Positions 24,358-36,362 of a DNA stretch of 61,829 nucleotides are shown here, in pieces. The number at the start of each line of letters is the position of its first letter. Position 1 is the first letter of the stretch. The notes beneath the pieces are model-generated. The model was not told the DNA's origin and made no database searches. It was given only the letters and a program-made list of their open reading frames with translations. Made by a program: the position numbers and the translations under genes. Origin of the DNA: Octopus bimaculoides (taxonomy: Eukaryota); contig NC_069001.1 of NCBI RefSeq assembly GCF_001194135.2, forward strand, positions 32,155,488-32,217,316. Reading direction: 5' to 3'.

Positions 24358-25080
24358 ATATATATGTAATTGGTTCTAAGTATAACAAAACAGTCAATAA
24401 AAAACTACCACTGACATTATCATTATCTCTAGTGCATTTTCTTATCTTTTTTTCTTGTTACTTTTTTTCTTGTTACTTTTTTTTTTCAGTAAAGATTCTT
24501 TACAAGTTAAAGATTTATCAGGAATCACATTTGGTGCAGCAATGTTGATAGAGAGAAACTAGTCAATGCAGTGAAACATGGAGTTGTGTCATCTCAAGTA
24601 TTTCTTAGACGAGATTAGTTGGGAGGAAAAAGTAAAGGAAAAATACATATATATATATATATATATATAAAGGAAAAAAAGCCCTGGAAAGATAATTTCA
24701 AGCAGACTACGCAATAAATATTTACTTTAAAACACACAACAAGAATCATTAATTTCTTTCTTTTCTGTCTTCCATTTTTGTTAGGAGAAATGGTAGGAGA
24801 AGGGGTTCAGAATGGAAGCAGCAAGTTACTTTATATTGCAATTTTCTTTCTGAAAATGGTGCAAGTGACAAATTGCATAAAAGTGTGCCAGACTATTTGT
24901 TGGCATATATTTTCTTCTTATAGCCTTAAGCAAATCCTGATGTGTGGAATTTGGTAAATAGAAACGGCGCAAAAGCCCATCATATATATTATCTTCATCA
25001 TTTGTGTGTGTGTGCGCATGTGTGCGTATGTGTGTGTGTGTGCGCGTGTGTGTGAGCATGCGTGTATGTGTAGGCAATTA

Positions 25081-25240
25081 ACACAAGAAGACAGATGATG
25101 ACACGGGATGGACAAGTTTTAACTAATGTTGTATTAGTTTAATGCTTATATGAGAAAGAGTCTAGATGCTTCTGACACCCGTTCTTCATCAGGAGAAAGG
25201 CTGATAGAGAAGAAAAAATAAACAAGGAGAGTGAATGAGA
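25081..25240 (-). mobile_element. Degraded copy of the Penelope-like hammerhead-bearing repeat
   Basis: Resembles 47973-48170; the minus strand retains CTGATGA (25192-25186), but stem II and GAAA are decayed. Confidence 0.5.
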
Positions 25241-25249
25241 GATCGTAGT

Positions 25250-25451
25250 CATGGCTGATGCTGGTGTTTCATAACTGGCACCTGTGCCGGTGGCATGTTA
25301 AAAGCACAAACTACACTCTTGGAGTGGTTGATGTTAGGAAAGAAAACTAGCTGTAGAAACCATGCCAAATCAGATTGGAACCTGGTCTAGCTTATCAGTT
25401 TTCAGTCAAACCGTCCAATCCATGCCAACATGAAAAACAGACATTAAATGA

Positions 25452-25455
<4 letters not shown>
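25250..25455 (+). mobile_element. RTE 3'UTR fragment
   Basis: actggcacctgtgccggtggcatgttaaaagcac ... ccatgccaacatgaaaaacagacattaaatgatgat. Confidence 0.8.
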
Positions 25456-25484
<29 letters not shown>

Positions 25485-25500
25485 AGTTTCTTTCAGTTTC

Positions 25501-25732
25501 TTATTTCTTTACTGCCCACAAGGGGCTACACACAGAGGGGACAAACAAGGACAGACAAACGGATTAAGTCGATTATATCGACCCCAGTGCGTAACTGGTA
25601 CTTTTTTAATCGACCCCGAAAGGATGAGAGGCAAAGTCGACCTCGGCGGAATTTGAACTCAGAACGTAACAGCGGACGAAATACCGCTCAGCATTTCGCC
25701 CGGCGTGCTAACGTTTCTGCCAGCTCGCCGCC
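25501..25732 (-). mobile_element. Young full-length SINE family B (tail B1) with a perfect 13-bp TSD, inserted in a SINE family A copy (25488-25910)
   Basis: TTCTTTCAGTTTC at 25488-25500 and 25733-25745; CpG-rich head ggcggcgagctggcagaaacgttagcacgccgggcgaaatgc. Confidence 0.92.
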
Positions 25733-26609
25733 TTCTTTCAGTTTCTGTCTACCAAATCTCCACACAAAGTTCTGGTTAACCCAAGGCTATAGCAGAAGAC
25801 ACCTGCCCAGCCCAAAGAGTCATGCTATGCAACTGAACTTAGAACCATATGGCTGGGTAGCCAAATTCTCGCCACACAGCCACACCTATGCCTACCCACA
25901 CAGCCACGCCTAGTAACAAAAAAATATATGAATAAATAACTTGTTTCCATTATCGAATGAAGAAGTTAGGATGAATCACAAATATGGTTCGACACCATCA
26001 TGATGCTTCTTCGTTTCTTCACCATTGTCTACTTCTTCAACTAATAGAACTTCAAAGTGAAACACGACACATTAGGGGAAAAAAAAAAAGCAATTATTTT
26101 TCCTGATTTTGTAATTTAATTTTTTTCTTTAAGGCAAAAAAAAAAAATTATATAAAATTCAACTTATGCATAATCCATTAAAAAAAATGTACTTTAAAAA
26201 AAAAAAATCAACCAGACATATTAAAAGGCCTAATTTTATTTGTTTTTATTTTATTTAATTTACATATATATATATCTTTTTTCCATTCTTGCTTGTTGAG
26301 TTCTTTGACTGCTTGTTATTTTTAGCTGAAGAAGTATAAACATCAAGAGACATTTTACCGGCATCAATAATGCCAGATACAAATAGACAAAGAGACATTA
26401 AAGAAAACCTGCTGACGTTAATGGGTAGACTTGGAGTAGTGTGGTGTGTTCTATTATGACAGTTAGCTAAACAGATGACTAAACTACATCAAATTAAGAA
26501 ATTATTACATTATACCTTATATATATATGCATATATACATACATATATAAACACACTTGTACATATATATATATATGCATATACATACATACACATACAT
26601 ATATGCATG

Positions 26610-26643
<34 letters not shown>

Positions 26644-26686
26644 CACACAAATATACAACTATATATGCATGTATGTGTGTGTATAT

Positions 26687-26760
<74 letters not shown>

Positions 26761-27479
26761 CACATATATATACCTATGTAAATATATATGAATCCATCCA
26801 AACACACAAATACATAAATACATATATAGCTGCTACAGATGCAATGTGTATGTAGGCATGTATATATATGTATATATATGTATGTGTGTACGTATGCATG
26901 ATACATATAAATAGGACCAACACTAACCACCATTTCCAGTCCTTCTGTGCAAGAACATCCTCCTCCTGGAATCTTCCCGCTGTTCAATGGCACTGAGCTC
27001 AATGGTCTTTGAGAGGTTTACTAAAGACATGGGCCTTGTCAATTCTTCTCAGCAAAACATAAAAAATACACACTACACACACACAAATATATGCCCACAC
27101 CTCATAAACACATATAGAAACACAACACACAAACCACACACATAATTATTCACATACACACTCTCACACATACCACATATGCAATACATAGTTTGTGAAC
27201 ATTATTTCAATATGTATTTTACCATGTCGATATGGTTGAATAGGTTTTCAAATCAAATTAAAACCATCAAGATCAAAGTCTTAATCTTTTTTTTTATTAT
27301 TATTACAATTTCCCAATAAATATTTGATTAATTTTTCTTCACCCAGACTTAACCAACACAATGGCAACAAATAACAAAGTTATCACCATAGTAACTTGTA
27401 ATTAACTCACACAGAGACTTTGAATGATTAGAGAAAGGGAGAAAGAAAAAAAACGAACTAAATCAATCAGTCATCTTAT

Positions 27480-27870
27480 GTATATCTTTTACTTGTTTCA
27501 GTCATTGGACTGCAGCCCAGCTAGGGCACCACCTTCAAAGGTTTAGTTGAACAAATCAACTCTCACACTTATTTTCTTTTTGAAGTCTGGTACTTATTCA
27601 ATCAGTCTCTCTTGCTGAACTGCAAAGTTACTGGGATGTTAGCAAATGAATAACAGTTGTCAAGCAGTGATAAGCAACAACCACAAGCACATGTCTTTTA
27701 GTTGCTTTAGTCATTGGGCTTTCACACAACTTCTGTCGACCAAATTCACTTACAAGGCATTGGTCAATACAGGGTGATAGTAGAAGACACTTGCCCAAGG
27801 TGTCACACAGTGGAACTGAACCCGAAACCATGTGGTTGGGAAGCAAGCTTCTCAACTGCGCAGCCTCAGT
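27480..27870 (-). mobile_element. SINE family A, near full length
   Basis: ttacttgtttcagtcattggactgcagcc ... gaagacacttgcccaaggtgtcacacagtggaactgaacccg ... actgcgcagcc. Confidence 0.82.
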
Positions 27871-28090
27871 TTTTCATCTTTCTTTGGTCAATGGAATAAA
27901 TACAAGGCTGAAGAAAGCAGTCTGCCTCCCCACCTAGTCATTTCTTCCCTCAGAGTTCATAGATTTGTGAGCTGATTGGTGATCTCAAGAGTGATGGTGG
28001 CATGAACAAAGCATCCAGTACATGCTGTAAAATGGTTGGCATTAAGAAGGGCATCCAGATGTAGAAACCATGCCAAAGCAGACACTAAAG

Positions 28091-28418
28091 CAGGGGTTCT
28101 CAATCGCTTTTTATCTATGACTCCCTTTGATTACTATTTTATCCTGGTGGACCCCTATAGCCATTCGATGCTTAAAAACTTTTATAGAAACTTCTCTGAA
28201 AATTCCTATTTTGTTTTTCACCCATTAACTTGTGTACGTTGAACTAAGTAAAATGTTAGAAGAAAGAAACCTAGCTGTTTCTTGCAATACATACCATTAC
28301 ATACATCTAAAGCAAATTTTTTTCAGGGGCCCTTAAAATTCTATTGTGAATCCTCAATTTACTACTTTGTTAGATGGACTCCTAAAAATCTTATATGGGC
28401 CCGAGTTGAGAATCGGAG
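28091..28418. mobile_element. hAT MITE inserted into an RTE 3'UTR fragment (about 27995-28520)
   Basis: caggggttctcaa ... gttgagaatcggag; flanks cactaaag / cactagag. The RTE sequence gccaaagcagacact continues as agagcctgatgc. Confidence 0.78.
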
Positions 28419-28519
28419 CACTAGAGCCTGATGCTGTCTTTGGAGCCATCTGATCCTGTCAAACCATTCAATCCGTACCAGTATAGAATATGGACAGACA
28501 ATAACGATGAGGAGGAGGA

Positions 28520-29337
28520 GGATGCATAAGGTCAGCAACTTTGATGAGAGGGAATTAATCAATACTATCAACCCCAATATTTAACTGGTACTTTATTTTA
28601 TTGACCTTGGAGGGATGAAAGGCAAAGTTGACCTTGGCACGATTTGAGTTCAGAATGTAAAGAGCTGGAACAAATACTAAGCATGTCTTCCTATGTTCTA
28701 ATGATTCTGATATTATTATTATTATTATTATAATTGCATGTGCCTGCTATACCCTTATCAGACAGATAGTCATGATGGGTATACTGGGCTTCGTATATTT
28801 TACCCCAGTGTCACTTTGATGGCATGCACTGCCCTCTCACTCAATAATAATAATATATTATTTAATATGTAAGAATGGCTGACTGCTATGAAAAAACATC
28901 TAATGATAAAGATTAAAAAAATAATAAATCAAATAAGAAAAATTAGCATGAATGTTGAAAGATAACTGAATAACTAGGACTTGTAAAATTTGTTGGTCAT
29001 GACCATATATAATTGATGTATCACAAATGTTCTTATTGTTTAGTGATCTCATACTAGGTGTCAACAAACTATAGGAGCATGGTTCATATCAACACCAGTC
29101 CACCCCAACACCACACAAATACAAAAGAAATAGTTTCTGATTTAGGAACAAGGCTAGCCATTTGGAGAAGAGATAATGTAGTTGATACCATTGACTCGAA
29201 TATTTGGCTGGTACTTTATTTTATCGACCCCTGAAAGGATGAAAGGCAAAGCTGACCACGGTGGGATTTGAACTCAGAGTGTAAAAGAGCCAGAACGAAT
29301 ACCACAAATCATTTTTCCTGACATTAGTGATTCTGCT
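28520..29337 (-). mobile_element. Two SINE family B copies (about 28520-28715 and 29130-29337)
   Basis: Both carry ctggtactttattt.att.gacc ... ggatgaaaggcaaag.tgacc ... gatttga..tcaga.tgtaaa. Confidence 0.8.
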
Positions 29338-29408
29338 GAGCAGGGTTCATATCAACACCAGACTGATTCCTCTTCCCCGCCATGCCACACAAATAAAAAA
29401 TAATAATA

Positions 29409-30170
29409 GGATGTGTAATGTCAATGTGAATACCCGTCAGAGTGTAAGTATCTTGAGAGAAAAGCTGAACATTAGAAGCATCAGTTGTGGCGTGCAAGAG
29501 AGACGATTGCGCTGGTATGGACATGTGGTGAGAATGGAGGAGGATAGCTGCGTGAAAAAGTGCTACACCCTAACAGTTGAGGGAACCCGTGGAAGAGGTA
29601 GGCCCAGGAAGACCTGGGCTGAGGTGGTGAGGCAAGACCTTCGTACATTGGGCCTCACCGAGGCGATGACTACGGACCGAGACCTTTGGAAATGGGCTGT
29701 GCNNNNNNNNNNNNNNNNNNNNNNNNNNNNNNNNNNNNNNNNNNNNNNNNNNNNNNNNNNNNNNNNNNNNNNNNNNNNNNNNNNNNNNNNNNNNNNNNNN
29801 NNNNNNNNNNNNNNNNNNNNNNNNNNNNNNNNNNNNNNNNNNNNNNNNNNNNNNNNNNNNNNNNNNNNNNNNNNNNNNNNNNNNNNNNNNNNNNNNNNNN
29901 NNNNNNNNNNNNNNNNNNNNNNNNNNNNNNNNNNNNNNNNNNNNNNNNNNNNNNNNNNNNNNNNNNNNNNNNTTCGTGCGGGTGACACGTAAAAGCACCC
30001 ACTACACTCTCTGAGTGGTTGGCGTTAGGAAGGGCATCCAGCTGTAGAAACTCTGCCAAATCGGACTGGAGCCTGGTGTTGCCATCCGGTTTCACCAGTC
30101 CTCAGTCAAATCGTCCAACCCATGCTAGCATGGAAAGCGGACGTTAAACGATGATGATGATGATGATGAT
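29409..30170 (+). mobile_element. 5'-truncated, young RTE-clade LINE (ORF C-terminus, gap, 3'UTR, (GAT)n tail)
   Basis: Open frame ...REKLNIRSISCGVQERRLRWYGHVVRMEEDSCVKKCYTLTVEGTRGRGRPRKTWAEVVRQDLRTLGLTEAMTTDRDLWKWAV. The RLRWYGHV and GRGRPRKTW motifs are typical of RTE. Imperfect TSD aaataaaaa(a)taa at 29391 and 30171. Confidence 0.92.
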
Positions 30171-30249
30171 AAATAAAAATAACAACTAATAACAAATAAA
30201 AGTCCTATCTTTGAGACCAACATTAATTAATAGACACTCATGTGTCCAA

Positions 30250-30470
30250 CGATTATCACTACCCCCAAGCTCTGCACTAATCACAGCACTCAGTCATTCC
30301 TTCCCAGAAGGATTGGTCTTCTGGAATTCCCTCCCTGTTCACATCATTACCAAAGGTGTTGGCTTACTAAGATTCAAAAGGAACTTTAATGGCATCAATT
30401 TTACCAGTCTAAGAAGGCATTCAAAGGCTGTGGGCATGGCCCTTTCCTCGAGATACAAGCAAAATATAAA
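30250..30470 (+). mobile_element. Degenerate CR1/L2-group LINE 3' ORF remnant
   Basis: Translates ...LSHSFPEGLVFWNSLPVHIITKGVGLLRFKRNFN..., a WNSLP...FKR terminal motif. Confidence 0.6.
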
Positions 30471-31220
30471 AAAACATTTTACATGGCACTATATCTCCCT
30501 TCCACCCAAAAAAACTGTAACAGCAACAGCACACACATATAAAGTTTGGATGGGAAATAACCCAAATCTAAATATAATGCTGGGCCCCCATCAGACTAGT
30601 TACTTTAACACATTAACCATCACATGTACCACTGGTGGTTCCATCACAAACTTCACACAACTGCCATATGCACCAGAATATTTTATTCTGTATCTTTTAC
30701 ATGGTTTTGAGGATATTTGAATAACATGAGTGCTAAATATTGAAGTTTAATTATGAGATATTGTAAAAATGCAAAAATATTACATTTCCTTGTAATTAAA
30801 TAGTACAGCGTGACTGGAAATACATGGCGTGACCAGTAAATTCCAGTAACAGGTTGTGGCAGGTAACATTTTAAGATGATAAATACCCAAAATGAAAAAA
30901 TATAACAGAAGTTGAAACAGAACATTTAAGAGAAAAAATACACCATGTAAACATGAATAACAAACATTTGGTTATGCTGGCAAATAAGACAGAGAGCAGT
31001 GTTTATGATTTCTATCATTACTTTCATTTTGCATCTATGATGAATTACGAAACTGTACAATTCCATCACAAGAACTGCAGCCAATCAATTATGAATTAAG
31101 ATATATCAGCAGAGAGGTGGGGAGGAGAGAAAAGCAACCCAAACAAACGCAGTTGATTAATTAATTAATTAACTAATACTATATCATGATGATTGAAGAA
31201 TAATTGGAATAATGACTTAC

Positions 31221-31381
31221 CTATTTGTCTTTCAATATCTGCAGCTTCGTCTGGAGTAGCTCTAGGGATTACACCTGGGTCACTAAAGCTTGTTCGGAAA
31301 AGGGTGGATATAACAAATAAAAACAGGGCTGCTCCAATGGCAGGAATTGCAGGGGATACGTTGAGGGCCAAATATCGACAG
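31221..31381 (-). CDS. ZDHHC14: Internal coding exon of a ZDHHC9/14/18-subfamily (approximated-like) palmitoyltransferase: (D)[53 protein letters not shown](E)
   Basis: Minus strand tttctctttgcAG|C TGT CGA ... CAA ATA G|GTaagt; 161 nt, phase 2 to phase 1. Contains a TM helix plus the [19 protein letters not shown] motif typical of ZDHHC14/18/9 (recognised from memory). Splices in frame to the exon at 20578. Confidence 0.95.
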
Positions 31382-31483
31382 CTGCAAAGAGAAAAAAAGA
31401 AATGGCAAAAAAATTAGCATATTAGCAAATTGAAAAAACATTGTTTTTTAGCTACAATAATTACCAACAAATAATTAATTACA

Positions 31484-31514
<31 letters not shown>

Positions 31515-31894
31515 ATTTTTTTTTTCTGCTGCTTAGTTACAAGAGAAACAACAAAGTCCATGACCAGTTGCAGGGTCTGATGGATAGCAAAAGGTCGTGG
31601 AAGAAAGAGAACAAGAAGATACAGAACATAGATTACTGCAAGAAAAAAAAAACCATGTATTTAGATATGAAGTCTATTGCATGACATCTGTTAATTATCT
31701 TTTATTGATTCAGTCATGGGACAGCAGCCATGCTGGAGCACCATCTTGATGGAATTAGTCTAGCAAATCAACTGCAGCACTTATTTTTTAAATCCAGAAC
31801 ATATTCTATTGGTCTCTTTTGCAAAACTGCAAAGTTATAATAAAGAAAAGAAACCAGTACTGGCTGTCAGATGGTGGGAGGGACACACACAATC

Positions 31895-32158
31895 ATCATT
31901 ATTTAATGTCTGTTATTCATATTGACATGGGCTGGACAGTTTGACCAGAGCTGGCAAGTTGGGGAGCTGCACCAGACATCAGTCTGATTTGGTATGGTTT
32001 CTGTGGCTGAACATGCTTCTTAACACCAACCACTTTACAGAATGTGGTAGGTGCTTTTACACGGTACCGCATGGATGCTTTTATATGCCACCAGTCTTAA
32101 CACTTCTGCTGCAAAGTACAGGTCTTCTTGAATACAGCAATGCACCAGGTCCTTTGTC

Positions 32159-32252
<94 letters not shown>

Positions 32253-32975
32253 ACAGAACACAAAGGATTCCGCGGTACACGTGTTTCAAGCTTTATACAC
32301 AAACAGTCGTTGCATCATTATATGAGTATATAATTAATAGACAGTATGCTTTAAAGCTATTTTCAGCCGCAAATATATTCTTTCCCAAGATTATATCACA
32401 AAGAAGAAATCACAAATATATGTATGTATGTACATATGTAAATATACCATGATCATCATCATTCAGCATCTGTTGTCCATGCTAGCATGGATTGTACGGT
32501 TTAACCAGAGTTGGTAAGCGGAGGGGCTGCACCAGATTCCAGTCTAACTTGGTATGGTTTCTACAGCCGGATGTCCTTCCTAATGCCAACCACGCCAAGA
32601 GTGTAATGGGTGCTTTTACGTGCCACCCGCACAGGTGCCTTTTGCATGATGCTAGTATCTGTTATGATTAAGATTTAACTCGGCTTGAAGGATCTTCCCT
32701 CTCAAACACAGTATATTGCCAAAAGTCTTAACCATTTGTCATTACCTCCATGAGGCACAGCTCTCAAAAGGTGCTTTTTACCTGTCACCGGCACGGTTGC
32801 TGGTTCCACGACACCAGCATCAGCCACATTGTCACCGTGAGGCACAACACTCGGAAGGTGCTCTTTATGTGCCACTGGCACAGGTGCCTGTTACATGACA
32901 CCAACAATGGTCACAACTATGATTTCACTTTGCCTGACGGGTCTTCACAAGTACAGCATATCGCCAAATGTCTTG
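31895..32975 (-). mobile_element. Antisense RTE 3' fragments (31895-32150 and 32452-32975) separated by (GT)n/(TA)n
   Basis: Reverse-complement tails beginning atcatc...catgc; 32700-32960 contain ccaaa.gtct...gtca and catatcgccaaa RTE ORF-end motifs. Confidence 0.8.
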
Positions 32976-33034
32976 TTGCTAGTCGTATGTATGTACGTAT
33001 GTAAATATATATATGCACATACGTACATATGTAA

Positions 33035-33078
<44 letters not shown>

Positions 33079-33689
33079 ATGTACATACATATGTAGATAT
33101 AAATGTCTGTATATATATGTGTATATATATAAATACCTAATGAGGTTCCACACAGTTTCTATCTACAGAATTCACTCACAAGGCATCAGCCAACTTCGGA
33201 CTATAACAGAAATTGCTTACCCAAGATGTCACAGACTGGGACTGAACCCAAAATCACATGGTTGCTTGCAAAACAACCTTCTTAACTGCACAACCATGCA
33301 TTTAATTTACTACCAACCTTTTTCTCATCATCTTATTGGCCTCAACAAATTCTGTCTGACCCTTCCAAGCACAGAAAAGTGGATATTAACAAATGATGGT
33401 GACAATAAAGATGTCCACAACCTCCACATGTGCCGTAATGGTAGTTTTATATAAATCTGGTGTAAATCCACTTTCACACAACATGTAACAGTTTTGATTT
33501 CAGAACATTCTGCTTTACATTAAAACAAACCCATTGATCAGACTTCTGCTTCTCAAACGCACAATCAGTCACATGTCATTTTTGATTCTTAAACTTCCAT
33601 TTTAGACTCACCTACATTCCACCACCACCCCCACACACACTTTTTTTGTTGTTGTTTTTTTGGGGGGAAAAAATACCTTTTCCAAGCAG

Positions 33690-33839
33690 GTGGTGGCATG
33701 GGTGTGTGGTAAGAAGTTTGCTTCTCAACCACATGGCTCTGGGTTCAGTTCCTCTGCATGGCACCTTCAAATGCTATCTACTATAGCCTTGGGCCAACCA
33801 AAGTCTTGGCAGTGAATCTGATAGACAGAAACTGAAAGA

Positions 33840-33901
<62 letters not shown>

Positions 33902-34125
33902 TGTGTGTGTGTGTGTGTGTGCACCTTTGTATCTGTGTTTGTCCTCCACCACCACTTGACAACCGGTGTTGGTCTGTTGACATCCTCGTAGCTTAGCAGT
34001 TCAGCAAAAGAGACTGCTAGAATAAGTACCAGACTTTTAAAAAAAATAAGTACTGAGGTTAGTTCGTCAAGATGATGCTCCAGCATGGTCGTAGTTTAAC
34101 GACTGAAACAAGTAAGAGATAAAAG
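33690..34125 (+). mobile_element. SINE family A, full length, with internal (GT)n
   Basis: ggcatgggtgtgtggtaagaagtttgc ... actgaaagaa (GT)n ... ccacttgacaaccggtgttgg ... ccagcatggtcgtagtttaacgactgaaacaagtaaga. Confidence 0.85.
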
Positions 34126-34367
34126 TGGTTTTAGCTATTTACCATTTGTGATGTTTCTCTTACTTGAAAACAAAAGTTGAGATTTTTTTTTTTAGACTTT
34201 CAGATTCTGGAATTTAGGATAAAGGATTATCTATCAACTGTATTTCATCCCTTAAATCTCTCTGAAGTAAATCTGATAATTAATTCTGCGGGGAATGATA
34301 GGGAGTGGTGGAGTATTACATCAATCTAAGCTGGATTTGAATAACACACATGCTTAGAGGATGGATA

Positions 34368-34481
34368 GAGAGATAGTCAGAGAGGAGAGAGATAGTCAGA
34401 GAGGAGAGAGAGAGAGGGAGATAGTCAGAGAGGAGAGAGAGATAGTCAGAGAGGAGAGAGAGATAGTCAGGGAGAGAGAGT

Positions 34482-34545
<64 letters not shown>

Positions 34546-34595
34546 AAGAGAGAGAACGAGAGAGAGAGAGAAAGAGAGTGTGAAAGAGAGAGAGG

Positions 34596-34627
<32 letters not shown>

Positions 34628-34632
34628 AAGAA

Positions 34633-34725
<93 letters not shown>

Positions 34726-34740
34726 TAGAGAGAGAAGTGG
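34368..34740. repeat. (GA)n tract preceded by an about 20-bp minisatellite (gatagtcagagaggagaga)n
   Basis: About five gatagtcag units between 34372 and 34470, then (GA)n. Confidence 0.9.
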
Positions 34741-35039
34741 TCAGAGACTAATGATACATATAGAGAGATGGCAAGGGAGATAAAGCTTAGAGTTGTTTTA
34801 TAAATCTGGTACCATAAAAGGAAAAATACAGAATCAAAAATGGAAAGCATAAGAATGGTAACTTTAATAAAATTGTTTTGGAGAATAAATGCTTCATCAT
34901 GTGGGTTTGTGCTCCAGGATGGCCACAAGCCATTGGATGAAACCAATAAAAGAATATGAATTAAAGGTAATCTTGGAAACAGCAAGAACTTTCGGAACCA
35001 CATATAAAAGCTATGATACTGAAAATACTGCATGGTCAT

Positions 35040-35637
35040 TATTTAACCCTGGTCAGCCCCGAGTGAGCAGACCTATGATCAAAGAGTCAGGCTGTGATCG
35101 TTTTTGTTTTATATCTAAGGAATGCTGGACCACATTATCCTATTTAAGATAGGGTTTAATCCGAGGGGAGGGGGGCGGATTTGGTTACTATTTCTAACTG
35201 GCCAAGTACCTACATAGACATTCCTCTCTGACTCATTGCATTATATGTAGTTTTAATGTGCATTGTAAGTGAAGCTTGTTAACAACAAATGAGGGAGGGA
35301 GAGAGAGAAGGAAAACACAGAGAAAAAAGAGAGTAGGAGAGAGATAGACAGAGAGAGAGAAAGAGGAAGGATGGGGGGGGCAGGGAGAGGCACTGAAAGA
35401 GAGAGACTGTGTCATTTACATGCGGTTGCCACCATTTTCTCCACTCCCCTTGTTTTCGTTTCTAGTAAGAAATCCATTACTAAAATGTCATCCACACACA
35501 CACACCATGGTTAACTTCAGAACAGCATCAGAGAAAGGTTAATTGGAAACCAATCCAGATATTCTGGTTATTAAATGAGAAATCATCAAATGTCACTTAA
35601 ATACTCTTTCTATACATCTCACTTTCTCTTTCTTTCC

Positions 35638-35677
<40 letters not shown>

Positions 35678-35960
35678 CATCATTCATTCATGTATACCAA
35701 CACATAAAACATTGCGCATTGTCTTATTCAGCATTTTGGGTGGGGGGAAGCAGAAGTTTGTCTTCTCATGGTTCACATGGATCCACAAGGGTGACACTCA
35801 ACTCATTTCCAAAAGAGCTCCAGGCTGGCCATGATCAAGCAAACCGGTGTTCAAATGCATTCCAGCCACAATCATCCCATTTAGGATTATATTATCCGAA
35901 GTGCCCTTCCTTTCCCATATTGAGATTTGGCTGCTATTTCTAGCACATAGAAGTCCTCCT
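35040..35960. repeat. Two fragments (about 35040-35230 and 35800-35960) of a further dispersed repeat; related pieces at 37490-37545, 38400-38440 and 42620-42810
   Basis: Shared g.gatttgg.t.ctatttcta and cattatcc motifs. Confidence 0.55.
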
Positions 35961-36206
35961 TACTGGGTCATGTCGAAAGTGAAAGAAAAGAAAAGAGGGA
36001 TTAACCTAATCACTGACTTGTTCAAAGGTAACTTTTCCACTCCCTTGACACCCACATACAAAAATTAAACAAACAAAAAAATTAAGTAGCATAAAAACCC
36101 CTATGTATAATATACACTTTTTGATCAAAAGATTAAAATTAAGGACTTAAGCTGAAAAGATTTTCCTCATCCACTACATTACACATATATACATATATTA
36201 ATTTTT

Positions 36207-36252
<46 letters not shown>

Positions 36253-36292
36253 TATATAATTATAATAATAATAATGATAATGATGATGATGG

Positions 36293-36338
<46 letters not shown>

Positions 36339-36362
36339 AAAGTGTTAATATTCAGTAACCAT

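Larger units (their letters stand above)
20579..31220 (-). other. 10.6-kb GT-AG intron between the two ZDHHC exons
   Basis: Donor GTAAGT at 31220-31215; acceptor TTTTCAG ending at 20579; compatible phase (G|AA = Glu). Confidence 0.88.

Noticed and set aside
33606-33612. Consensus donor AG|GTGAGT on the minus strand
   Set aside because: The upstream sequence is low-complexity with no acceptor or coding signal; isolated donors are expected by chance.
34889-35152. 87-aa plus-strand ORF
   Set aside because: No recognisable motif; it runs into a dispersed repeat and is antisense within an intron.
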